A stretch of 64,000 bases of DNA from NCBI GenBank assembly GCA_020891255.1, contig BQFW01000014.1, positions 1 through 64,000 on the forward strand. The letters run 5' to 3'. How positions within the stretch are numbered: position 1 is the first letter of the stretch; each line of letters begins with the position of its first letter. This document shows positions 23,253-34,099 of this stretch, in pieces. Below the pieces are notes generated by a model. That model worked only from the letters and a program-made list of their open reading frames with translations. It searched no databases and was not told the origin of the DNA. Position numbers and translations under genes: made by a program. The stretch comes from Entomortierella parvispora E1425. Lineage: Eukaryota > Fungi > Mortierellomycota.

Positions 23253-25082
23253 TCATTTCGTCCAGGGCAGTAAGCACGTAGCAGCTTGGATGTTGGTGTC
23301 GAACCTCATATTTGCAAAAGGGCCGTTCGATCCCAAGACCCACGCTACTGCTGTGTGCTTGAAGATGTTGGCAGCATCGTCACCACCGTCGCGTTCAAGT
23401 CTGACCCGATTGTCCAGTTCACCTATTTCGATCCATTCAAATTGGGCTGGTTGGAAATGATAGACATGGAAGCATTGGAAAAGGTCCACACTATCGAGTG
23501 CCTTTTTGCTCTCTCCTATCTCTCTACTCCTCCCTTCCTTCCGTCCTTTCTGGCTTCGCCTCCTCCTCTTCCTCTTCCTCTCTCTCCCTACTGCAACGCT
23601 CCAGCAACAGCTATTTCAAACAAAGAAGATCGCACCCTTGGTGTTGTCTCAACCAAAGCGTCCGAACCGCAACCTTACAGTCAATTGCTCCCAGAAACAT
23701 CACGAAATGTTTATATATTTGTTTCCTTGCTTACGCTCGGAGGGGCGACAAGGAGTCACCGAGAAGGGTGAAGGGGAAAAGGGAAGCACCATAGAGCAGG
23801 AGAAAAGAGAGGCAGGAGGAACAGGCCTGCATGCGTGCGAGCAAGTACATAGCCAATAAAGTGGTCACCACGATTCAAGGAGAGGTCCTTCTGTCAGCCT
23901 CAATGTCTGGGCCTGAGAGCGCGCACGTTCTTGTCAACAGCTGTTGAAGAGCGACTGACAACAGCGGAGACAAAGTGAGATAGAGCTCACTGAAAACATA
24001 ACTGATGGCAGAGTCGAAGGTACGACCGATGGCGAGCCACCTTGGAAAATGAAGAAGATCGATTCACAAACAACCTCCGTCAGGAGAAACATGATAGCAG
24101 AGACCTGCCGAATAGACAGCGCTCGCTCCATCCCCGCGCGACAGACTCAATAGCCTACAGGTCTGAGTTGTCGATGTTTAAACCGCTTTGGCATTGGAAA
24201 GGAGTTACTCAGATAGCCAGATAGTCTCGTTCCTGGTATTCTTTTCGGGGTTGATGCCAGGACGGAGGCCCGGGGGACTTTTTATTTTATCATCGCCAGC
24301 GTGACTCCTTCATTTTTTTTTTTTTTTTTTTGGTGGCTCCTCATGTCGCAGTCTCCTTGAAAAAGGAGAATTTTCTAAACTGTTGCACCATGCCAGTTCA
24401 GTCCGATTGATAGACCTGTGTCGATGCAGCGCAACTGATCACATCTGCGCTCCTCTCAACAAAAAACAACCTGCGATCGACTCCTCTCCTCCTCCTTGTA
24501 TTGTGGTACCGAGAATCCTACCGAACCTACCAAATGTTGAGCTAGCTGAGCTTTTAGCGGAGCTGAGATGTCAGAGATCTGTCGGTATCGGCGTGCAATT
24601 GGCGGTCGCTTGTCTGGGTAACAGCCATAGCAACATTTGTGTTGATTTGGTGCCGCCATGCAAAAACATCTGCCACCCAAGAGGTTAAGACTTTGATCTT
24701 CGGGGTTCAATCTGCGTCAGTCAGGGATCCAGAAATGAAGGATGCAACAACAAATAGGGAAATTGAAATGAACATGGACTTGCACCTGTGCCTGCACAGC
24801 CTGGACCCTGTTCGTGGACCACGCGCACCTTTTATTTACAGAAAGAGAATAATGAGCCTACTATCAAGGTGACGTTTGGGCTGACAGACTTGAAGTAGCT
24901 GCCTCCTTGCGTTTGCAAGATTCGCAATCACCGCGGCAAGATGACCGTGGTGAAGATAGCGTGTCTTCGATGTCCTGTAGTTCTGGTACCTCCGCACGAT
25001 CGAGTGGGATAGAAGAATTGGTGCTGTGGAGGACCGTGGATGTAGCCTCGGAACTGGCGATGGCGGGAAGTGCGTCAATCAT
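23253..25082 (-). pseudogene. Possible decayed gene immediately left of the transposon
   Basis: ATG at 25082 (MIDALPAIASSE..), GT..CTGAC..CAG intron-like segments, protein-like but stop-ridden blocks (KIKVLTSWVADVFAWRHQIN; EWIEIGELDNRVRLERDGG); no family recognised. Confidence 0.3.
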
Positions 25083-25262
25083 GACAATACAAGTCAAGGT
25101 GAAGAAAAAAAAAAGAGTTGAGTGGGCGATGTTGAGATTGCAAGACTTCTGGCATGGCGCTCTATTTAAACCTCTCGGCGATCCCATCGTTACGGCTGTC
25201 AATTGCTCCCTCAGCTCATGCATCGGGATCGAACCCGCCCGTCCCACCGTATCTGCACCATT

Positions 25263-25971
25263 AGTCCGCCTCAAAGTCAGGAGCACGTTTTGTACGTGGG
25301 TACGTTTTCCCAATTGGGCCTAATTGCGCTGGGATCAAATTCTTCAAAGGGGATTTCGTGCCCACCTTGATTTGGAAAACGGAGCCCTCCTCCTTCCTTT
25401 ACCGGCGAAACGAACCGTTCCACATAAACATGAAAACGTTCCAGCGAAAAAACTTAGAAGACCCGCAGCTTCGCGAGCACGCATCAGAGAGGGACAGGAG
25501 TCGTATCGCTGGATTGGGCTTGGCCAGGGCTTCCCCCATGAAGTGTTTTTTTTTTGTCTTTGATTGAAAGTTAGCAACTGACAGTGAAAATACGAACGAG
25601 AAACTCTTTTGTCTGCCATCCATGCATGCAAAGCCCAGCCATCCATGCACTACAAAAGAAGATGGTGCGATTCCGCTCGGTGAAGAGCGCGCAGTGTGAA
25701 AAATTAACGTACTACAACATGTACCTCTCATCTTTCGCCTCGTCCCGGGTCCCCAGTCTCGTTTTCATCCTCGTCCCCGACCTCGCTCCATCCTCACCTC
25801 CTAACCCCTCTCCATCCTCACCTCCCAACCCCTCTCCATCCTCACCTCCCAACTTCGCTCCATCCTCACCTCCCCAACTTCGCTCCATCCTCACCTCCCC
25901 AACTCGCCTTAATCCTCGCCTCCCCAACTCGCCTTCGTCCCCCCCTGGGACAGTAGCCCACATGCCAAAAA
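25263..25971 (+). repeat. Left terminal inverted repeat (709 bp) with internal 24-bp minisatellite (5 copies plus 1 diverged)
   Basis: Reverse complement of 28953-29610; mirrored ORFs 25399-25731 and 29142-29474 translate identically. Confidence 0.97.
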
Positions 25972-27361
25972 TTTCCGATCGTCAGAAAGCTTTGCGAGAT
26001 CTGGAACAAGCGTTTTTGCTTGGAGTCCTTGAAGCTGAAATAAATACCAATTCGAGCCACGACTCAGAAAACACCTCAGAAAACGACTCAGAAAGCGACG
26101 AGGACAGCAGCTCAAGTAGCGGTTCGGATGGAACCATCACCAGCGATTCTGAGAGTGACTCTGATCGCGAATGGGAGCTTGTGAGGCATATCTACATTAG
26201 CCATGTTTCTATTACAGAATCTCGGTATTTTGATAGACCCATAACACACCGACAAGTCGACAACTACTTTTTCACAACCAAGTTTTATTCTTACACGGAC
26301 GGTGAATTTCGACAACATTTCCGTATGGATAAAAATTCCTTTTCAGCTATCGCAGTCATTATAGGGCCTCACCCCGTTTTCCAGAACTCCTCACGGTGCC
26401 GCCAACTACATCCGTTTTGGCAATTGGCGGTGACACTTGAACGATTCGGACACTACGGTAACAGGGTGTCAGAGAATATGTTGGCCAGTGATTTTGGCAT
26501 CAGCCCAGGATCTGTTGTCTTGTGCACCAACAGGGTAATGACGGCGCTAGTGTCCCTGGTACCTGACTGGATACGTTGGCCCAATAGTCAAGAAAGGGAG
26601 AAGCACAGTCGGCTGATGCGCAGGGAGGGTTTCCCTGGTTGTGTTGGCTTCATTGACGGAACCACAATTCCACTGTCCCAAAAGCCTGCCCAAGAAGGAA
26701 CAGCGTACTTTGACCGCAAACAAAGGTACTCATCTGGTGCTCTTTTTCCAGTGTCGTAAAAGGATGTCCTTCTAAACTGCAAAAAATATGACGGTGGGAT
26801 AGGTACTCAGTCAATGCTCAAATCGTTTGTAACATGGATCGAGAGATCATCGCTGTTCATGTCGGCTGCCCTGGCTCTTCTTCAGACTCAAAAGTCTTCA
26901 GTAGAATGGATCAGTATAAATTGCCAGAGGACCATTTCTCTCCAGGACAGTTTCTGATTTCTGATTCGGCCTACGGGGCCACCACATTTTGTGTCCCTGC
27001 CTACAAGTCCCCCGAGGCAGATCATCCTGATAACACAGCTTTCAACTATTATCTGGCCTGCTCTCGAGTGCGAAATGAGCACTGCATTGGAGTCCTAAAA
27101 GGTCGATGGCAATCCCTTAAAGAGATGAGGCATCAACTCCAGAACGACCGCAGCATGAGACAACTTTGCTTCTGGGTCTTGTCCTGCAGCGTTCTACACA
27201 ACATGTTGGCCAAACTAGGCGATAAGTGGACAGATCCAGTGGATGCCCGCCCGGTAGCGTCAATATTTGATCCCCATTTTCAAGGTACAACGGGAGGTGG
27301 AGCATTCCGCGAAGCGTTAAAGAAGACAACACTCGAGACAAACAGAGCACAGGGCAGATAA
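25962..27361 (+). CDS. Harbinger-type DDE transposase (DDE_Tnp_4/HARBI1-like); intron 26726-26802
   Basis: FRQHFRMDKNSF; QLAVTLERFG HTH region; catalytic GFIDGT, LISDSAY, RVRNEHCIGVLKGRWQSL; SCSVLHN; no stops after splicing. Confidence 0.95.
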
Positions 27362-27428
27362 ATTTTTTTTCAGTGATGTAAACAATGGCTGATGGTGAAA
27401 GAACGTACTGTACATGGAGGTGGAGGGG

Positions 27429-28835
27429 CTACTCTAATACGTCAGTGTTCTCGTCGGCGTTCTCTTCTGGCCTTGACAAAAGGCCAAGGCCCTTGAGGAC
27501 ATCTGCGACAGTGTTTTTGTCCCAGCCTTGATCAAAGATTTTAAGGCGAATCTCGTGGTCTCTTTGCAGCTGCTGTTCCTTCGCTTTTTCGTCAAGCTTC
27601 TTGTAAAAGCGCTCCTGCCTCATTCTTTCTCTGATCTCCTTCTGTTTTCGTTTTTCTGCCGCTTCTGCTCTCCTGTCTTCTCACAAATAACGAGTGCCAG
27701 AGGAGGGAGAGAGTGTGTGAGAAAGAGACAGACATGTAATGAGAAAATGATCAAGTGCTCAGAAGTAAACGCACCTTCACGGTTCGCCGCCAGGAGGCTT
27801 TCCATTCCAACAAGGCCATTTGGAGTTTTTACTGGTTGGTGGCCGGGAAATAATGTCGGGTTTGGGGGGTCCTTCCGTATAGCGTTGGGCTTGGGATTCT
27901 TTGGGTCACCTTTGTCGTTGCTCGGAGGGGGCGTGGCCGAGCATTCAGGAGAGCGTCTTCTCTTGGGCTGAGAGGACCTGCTTGCAGTTGATGGCGCCGA
28001 GATTTGGGACCTATACTCTTGAAAGGCTCCATGATTCCTACTTAATGGCTCGTCCTCTTCCTCTTCCTCTTCCTCAACTTCATCTTCATTAAGTGGCTCG
28101 TACAGCTCGTGACCCAGCTCATCGCACTCTCCCTCTGCATCTAACAGACTCACTTCCTGAGATTCGTCGTCGTCATAGGCGCATCCCGACGAACCGAGAG
28201 TCAGAATGTTCACGCCTTTTGAAGCAAACGAAACCTTCCCTGCTGAGGTCCCTGCTTCGCATGGGGGGTTTAGGTGTGGACTTTTGCCGAACAAAGAATG
28301 CATCCTCTTATAACCATGACACCGATGCTCCAACTTCTCTTCGAAGGTGACGAAGTTGTCTTTTTCATCCAAACCTGCACCTGTGCTTAGGGCGTACCTT
28401 GCCGTTTCGAAAAAGGCAGATCTGTATCGTCGAAACTTTGCTGCAACGCTTTTCGTGGTGAATTTTTCTTTTGATCGCCCTTTTTCGGCCAACATTTTAC
28501 CAGCCCGAGTCCAGGCTGATTGGGCTCCTTCTTGCTTTGGCCCGACTGCTGTCTTTTGCGTGCCATAAACTGCCGCGTAATTAGTCTTGACCTCCAGCCA
28601 TGTCAGCATGAGTTCTCGCTCGTCATCCTTCGAGACCTTCTGCAAGGACGGCTCCACGAACTGATAATCTGCATCGACAGTGGAACTCAATCCTACACAA
28701 GGGCACGTTGTTAAAGTTAGAGGAAAATGACAATTGGGATTGCAACTGGATGACCAACTACAATTCGTTACCTCCACCGTTTTCGCTGTGGACTTGTTTT
28801 AACAAACGGTTAGTAGCTGCTTCGTGAAACTTCAT
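27429..28835 (-). CDS. Transposon ORF2, Myb/SANT-like DNA-binding protein; introns 28771-28693 and near 27770-27682
   Basis: LMLTWLEVKTNY..SAWTRAGKML..KSVAAKFRRYRSAF..STGAGL; acidic linker; spliced coiled-coil C-terminus EDRRAEAAEKRKQKE..DVLE*; an alternative start at 28962 needs one extra A (see findings). Confidence 0.85.
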
Positions 28836-28952
28836 ATTGCACCGTCTACGTAAGGATATCACTCACCACCATCTGGGTAGATCGTAGATAACGGGTGGAT
28901 CTTTGGTAAACCGGATTCGGACGACGAACCCTCCTCATTTTTTTTTATTATT

Positions 28953-29610
28953 TTTTTGGCATGTGGGCTACTGTCCCAGGGGGGATGAAGGCCAGTTGGG
29001 GAGGTGAGGATGGAGCGAAGTTGGGAGGTGAGGATGGAGAGGGGTTGGGAGGTGAGGATGGAGAGGGGTTAGGAGGTGAGGATGGAGCGAGGTCGGGGAC
29101 GAGGATGAAAACGAGACTGGGGACCCGGGACGAGGCGAAAGATGAGAGGTACATGTTGTAGTACGTTAATTTTTCACACTGCGCGCTCTTCACCGAGCGG
29201 AATCGCACCATCTTCTTTTGTAGTGCATGGATGGCTGGGCTTTGCATGCATGGATGGCAGACAAAAGAGTTTCTCGTTCGTATTTTCACTGTCAGTTGCT
29301 AACTTTCAATCAAAGACAAAAAAAAAGCACTTCATGGGGGAAGCCCTGGCCAAGCCCAATCCAGCGATACGACTCCTGTCCCTCTCTGATGCGTGCTCGC
29401 GAAGCTGCGGGTCTTCTAAGTTTTTTCGCTGGAACGTTTTCATGTTTATGTGGAACGGTTCGTTTCGCCGGTAAAGGAAGGAGGAGGGCTCCGTTTTCCA
29501 AATCAAGGTGGGCACGAAATCCCCTTTGAAGAATTTGATCCCAGCGCAATTAGGCCCAATTGGGAAAACGTACCCACGTACAAAACGTGCTCCTGACTTT
29601 GAGGCGGACT
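28953..29610 (-). repeat. Right terminal inverted repeat (658 bp) with 4 copies of the 24-bp unit
   Basis: Near-identical to the left TIR except for 51 bp of minisatellite and a few substitutions. Confidence 0.97.
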
Positions 29611-29844
29611 ATTGCCCTCATTTGCTCATAAAATATGAAACCCCTCCCGGGGACACACGCCACCAACTGGTCTATATTGAGACCCACCCGATTTCCTCTT
29701 TCGCCACAGCCGTGAGGCCGTTTCTCCCTGCTGCATGAATCTGATCATGTATCTGAAAGGGGCAACATTTGCCCTTTGTCAGCCCGTTTCCTCTGTGCAA
29801 AGGAATCGTGTGGGGGAACGTTTTTTTTTTAGAAAAAAAATGTA

Positions 29845-31467
29845 CTATGCATAGAGATATGGATCAGACTGAACAAAAAACGGCTGACTGACGTCGGCCC
29901 ACTGCATGCCAGCACGTCCAATACCTTGGACGCGTACTTGATAGATCCCTTGCGGTACCCAACTCGGGATCCGTACCATGACTGCACCCCATGATCCAGG
30001 AATTTGATCTGAGAGCAATGATACTCGAGGTTGATCCAGTGACTTTTGAATGAGCTCAGCCCGTGTCGATGGAGGTCGGGTGGAACCTTCTTTCTGCGGT
30101 TCTGGAGTCGCAATGAGGTCAACGACCATGAGAGGATGATCTTCTTCTAGAGTTGGACTTGTCCTCCAACTCACTGTCCGATCTCGGTTGGCTCTCCACG
30201 CGAGTGCCTCGCTATGACTGACAACATTACGACCATTCTCGATCTGGATCTGAAGATCACTGAGGCCTTCGAGCGGGCGTCCATATGACTCGTCCTCATC
30301 CATTCCGTCATCGTCTTGGACAATCTCCTTCGCAAAATTGCTCTCTTGGTCATCCTGGTTGTTGTTCCACACCGTCATCAGCTGATCCAACTGTCCCAAC
30401 TCCTCATCCGTCACAACTGGGTGCTTCTTGTGAGTTGCAAGGACCTCCTCAAGCTCGACCTCTGTGTAGTCCGGTACACTTTCTTTGTCTGACAAAGCCA
30501 GATGTTTCTTCAGCTGGAAAGCCACCTGTGAGATCGATGTGCGCGGATATGTGGACTCGGCTTCACGCACCATTCTGAGTGGATCAGCCACAGCCTTCCA
30601 GAGCTTAGAGAGGACGCCCAAAGAACGTCCACCGCTCTCCACCTTCCCATTTGAAGGAGGCTGGAATGCCTCTCGCTTTCTCCTCTCCTCTGCAAACTCA
30701 GCCTGAAGCGCCTGACGTTGCGTCTGCAGAGAAAAAGACTCTGGTCGACCAACAATTGCGTCCTTTCCCAGCGCTTCTTGCTTTGTCTCATGACTGACGG
30801 TAGCAATGAACTCACTCCACTCCAAGTCGTCAGGTCCTAGTGTCATGACTTTGATGGCGTCGGGGCCTCGCCAAAGACCAATCCGCTCTGGATCTTCTTG
30901 ATCCAGCGGCTCTTGCCAAAAGTTAAAGACGAGTCGATACCACCCCTCTGGAATCTCTGAGCGGATATGAACTTTGGCACGCGAGGACTGTGCAGGAACT
31001 CTGGTCAGCAAAAGCTCACTTGTTCTGCTTGGATCCAAAGGGACGAGATGAATATCCATGGTGATGGTATGACCAGGGGTCGGCAACATTTTCTCCAGAA
31101 GATCAGGCTCGACCGTCCAGTCGATGTCGTAGGTCATTCGATGGCGCCACGGCATTTCAACTGTGCTCATTTTCATGGCGGGGATGCTCCCTTGGTCAAA
31201 CGTCGGGCCGTGATACGGTGCAACTCGTAGACGCGGTGTACCATTGGTATCTTTGCGATTTTTTTTCTTCTTTTTTGGCTTTTGTTTTTGATCTGTGGTT
31301 GGATCCTGGGCAATGGTGGTGTCAGGTAGGAGACTATTCCGGGATCCGACCAAGAACGTTGACAGTGCTGACTCCCCCACCACAGGGAGAGCCTCTACTT
31401 CAGACAAAGAGAGCGTCGCCATAGAGAGGACGAGCGCCAGTGAAATCCAGACAACAGGTCGAATCAT
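29845..31467 (-). CDS. Intronless secreted protein with two related beta-sandwich-like domains
   Basis: ATG at 31467 followed by a signal-peptide-like MIRPVVWISLALVLSMATLSLSEVEA; uninterrupted ~540-codon ORF; internal similarity between N- and C-terminal segments. Confidence 0.8.
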   Translation of the reverse strand: MIRPVVWISLALVLSMATLSLSEVEALPVVGESALSTFLVGSRNSLLPDTTIAQDPTTDQKQKPKKKKKNRKDTNGTPRLRVAPYHGPTFDQGSIPAMKMSTVEMPWRHRMTYDIDWTVEPDLLEKMLPTPGHTITMDIHLVPLDPSRTSELLLTRVPAQSSRAKVHIRSEIPEGWYRLVFNFWQEPLDQEDPERIGLWRGPDAIKVMTLGPDDLEWSEFIATVSHETKQEALGKDAIVGRPESFSLQTQRQALQAEFAEERRKREAFQPPSNGKVESGGRSLGVLSKLWKAVADPLRMVREAESTYPRTSISQVAFQLKKHLALSDKESVPDYTEVELEEVLATHKKHPVVTDEELGQLDQLMTVWNNNQDDQESNFAKEIVQDDDGMDEDESYGRPLEGLSDLQIQIENGRNVVSHSEALAWRANRDRTVSWRTSPTLEEDHPLMVVDLIATPEPQKEGSTRPPSTRAELIQKSLDQPRVSLLSDQIPGSWGAVMVRIPSWVPQGIYQVRVQGIGRAGMQWADVSQPFFVQSDPYLYA

Positions 31468-31733
31468 AGTATAAGTCGTTGTTGGAGAGCTGGGGCAGGA
31501 GAGGAAAACGAAGGGGGCTCTGAGCGTTGATGTTGCGAGGAAGAAAGCAAAAAAGAGAAGGCGAAGACGACGTTTCTTCTGAATTCCATTCTCACTCCTC
31601 CCAACTTGATCGCAATATTCCAATCACAACGCAAGAGAGCAATGCAGCAGTACAAATTTCTGTGCGACCCCTGATTTGACATTGATCGACATGGATTTTT
31701 TTTTATTTTATTTTTTCCTCCAAAGGTTCTCCA

Positions 31734-33854
31734 CTAGAAGTTGAATGCCTCGGTCAACACGCTCTCTGGTGACACACCCATCTTATCACACATGGCCCGA
31801 ACGGCATCCATGAAGCTGTCTGGTCCACATATCAGAACTTTGCGCTCTGTGAGGTCAGGGACTACCTCGGCTACACTTTGATCGTCAAGCCTCTTGAAAA
31901 AGACCTGAACGCCGTTCAGATCGAGCAGACTTGCATGCCGACCTTCCCCAGGGCTCTCTCGTGTTAAAAACACGCTCACCTTCAAATCAAGCCCTTCGCT
32001 GGAAGCATTGTCTTGTCCTGAAGACCCGCAAAGCTCTTTCAAGATGGATGGGAGAGATTCCAACGTTTGAGAGACGGACATAATCCAATGGATCGACAAT
32101 GGAGAAGAAAGCTTTGCAACTTGCCGAAGACCTCGAATCATTGAAATAAATGGGGTGGAGCCTATACCGCCAGAGATGAAAGCCACCTTTTGAAGAGCTG
32201 ACTTGTCCGTTCCAGAAGGCAGAATGAACTCTCCACCGGTGCATACAAGCGGAACCGTAAGATGAACCTGAGATGCAGACCTGATTGAGTGCAGAATCGA
32301 GGTGAGGAGACCGCCCGCTTTTCGCTTGATGGTCATGGTGAAGTTGGAGCTATCCTTCCATGCCACAGCTGCGTCAGTCTTGGTTGCCGGGTCTGGCGCA
32401 GAGGATATAGTCCATGTCCGGATATAGTCGTCGTTCAGGCTCCGTGGATTTTCAGGTGCCATATGTCGATAACCTGTTGTATTTAGTTGGCTAAAGTCCA
32501 AAACAGCATACTGGCCAGGCTGATAGTGGATCGGCCGAGAGGTCTGGAAGTGAAAGGTCGCTATGTCGGGTGAATGGCGAATAATATTGGTCAACTGCGC
32601 CATTGTACTCTCACCAGCACCAGGGGCGTCAGCTGGAAGACGATGACCAGGGACGCGAGGGTTGTAAGGTGACAGCTCCTTGGTATGCATCCGGAATGGA
32701 ACGGCGGCTTTACGAAAGACCACAGAATCAAGTTCCACCTGAACAAGACGTTGCGCGTGGGGATATAGAGTCTGGGACTCTTGTCCAAAAATGATTTTGG
32801 CCCGTCCTGTAAACTGAAGAGTATCGCCTGTTTCAAATGAGAGGAACAGCAACCCTACTCGTTCGTCTTCAGCAATGTTTCCTAGGGTGTTGAAGAACTG
32901 CAGTTTTCATTCTCTGTTAGAATACCACTTCAAAAAAGTAAGATAGAGGATAAGAAAGACCTGTATACACTTACACGATTGCCGCTGTAATCGGGGAATA
33001 GAATCGTACGTCCGTCTAGGTGGATAAATCCTGGATTTCCGCCTCGGTGGTTACAATCCATGCCACTGGTCAGGTCTGGAAGAGACTCATCAATATGGCG
33101 AGATGATATAAAGACACAGTCTGCTTGTCGAATGATCGTCTGGTGGAGTTCAGTCAGGCCGTGATCGTCATCAAGGTCAAAACGTGCTGAGCCTGAACGA
33201 CTAGACTCCTGTGTCTGATAAGACAACTCCCTGATAGTCACGTACTTCGGACAGTTGCCTATGGACCACAAAAAAAAGCATTCGTATCAGTGCATTCGTG
33301 TATGAGGTACCTGTACACAATATTGCTCTAGGTCACAACTTACCAATAGTTTGCTCCACAGTTAGCATGACGTGCAACTCTCCCGTCTTCTCATCGTTGA
33401 CCAAGAGGTCGTCCTTGTAGAGCACGCCATTCATTTTGTTCCTCCTGCGATTTGAAAAATCAAGGGCAACCCCAGACCACATGGTTTTTTCTCCATGACC
33501 AAAAGATTCACCGTTCAAGAGATTGCTGTAAAGAGGATCAGAGACCTCTTCTGGCTCCTCGTCCTTGTTTCCTTTGACGACAACCTCCAGGATCTTTCCG
33601 TGTGTTGATTTCATGAACCCTTTAGGGCCCGTCAAGATCGATACCCATGGCCGTCCTCGACTATCCAGGGTGCCCAAGAACATATATTCAAGGCTTGGGA
33701 CAAACTCCTGCATCTGTGTGGTGAGGTACGGACGAAAGATCGCGCTGGCGCCTTCAACTTCTTCTCGAACATGGATCTGATCCTGAACCCAACGCTCGCC
33801 GCTATGCCATCTGTCTCTCAGGCTGACTGTGGACTCTTGAACTCTTACTGGCAT
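31734..33854 (-). CDS. Pyridoxamine-phosphate-oxidase-like FMN-binding plus ferredoxin-reductase (FAD/NAD) fusion oxidoreductase, 3 exons
   Basis: WHSGERWVQ; FLGTLDSRGRPWVSILTG; DFSNRRRNKMNG; DCNHRGGNPGF; FPDYSGN; RTWTISS; GGIGSTPF; ICGPDSFM; EAFNF*. Confidence 0.9.
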
Positions 33855-34099
33855 TGTTGAGGGGATTCCGATGAATGACTGGTGTTTGAAAGAGGGGTGG
33901 TTTGAGAAAGGAAGAAAGGGAGAAAGGGACTGAGAAAGACAAAAAAAAAATCACAAAAAAAAGGAAAAAAATCCGAGCGTGACCGTGCGCCGTCTGAGCG
34001 ACTCATGATGACAAATCCACCAGTTACAAATGCAATGCGCATCGCATGGTGATGGCGATCCCATATAATTTAATAAAAAGCTCCTCACAAACAAATAGT

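Larger units (their letters stand above)
25263..29610. mobile_element. Full-length PHIS (PIF/Harbinger-superfamily) DNA transposon, Pangu-like, 4348 bp
   Basis: Ends AGTCCGCCTCAAAG.. / ..CTTTGAGGCGGACT; ATT duplicated at 25260-25262 and 29611-29613; encodes a HARBI1-type DDE transposase and a convergent Myb/SANT-like protein. Confidence 0.95.

Noticed and set aside
25324-25731. Mirror-image short ORFs at both ends of the transposon
   Set aside because: They are duplicated only because they lie in the TIRs; no independent evidence of coding except the frame discussed in the findings.
25261-29612. Tc1/mariner assignment from a formal TA..TA reading of the ends
   Set aside because: The transposase is HARBI1-type with a Myb partner, and the ATT reading gives a full 3-bp duplication; the empty site would settle it.
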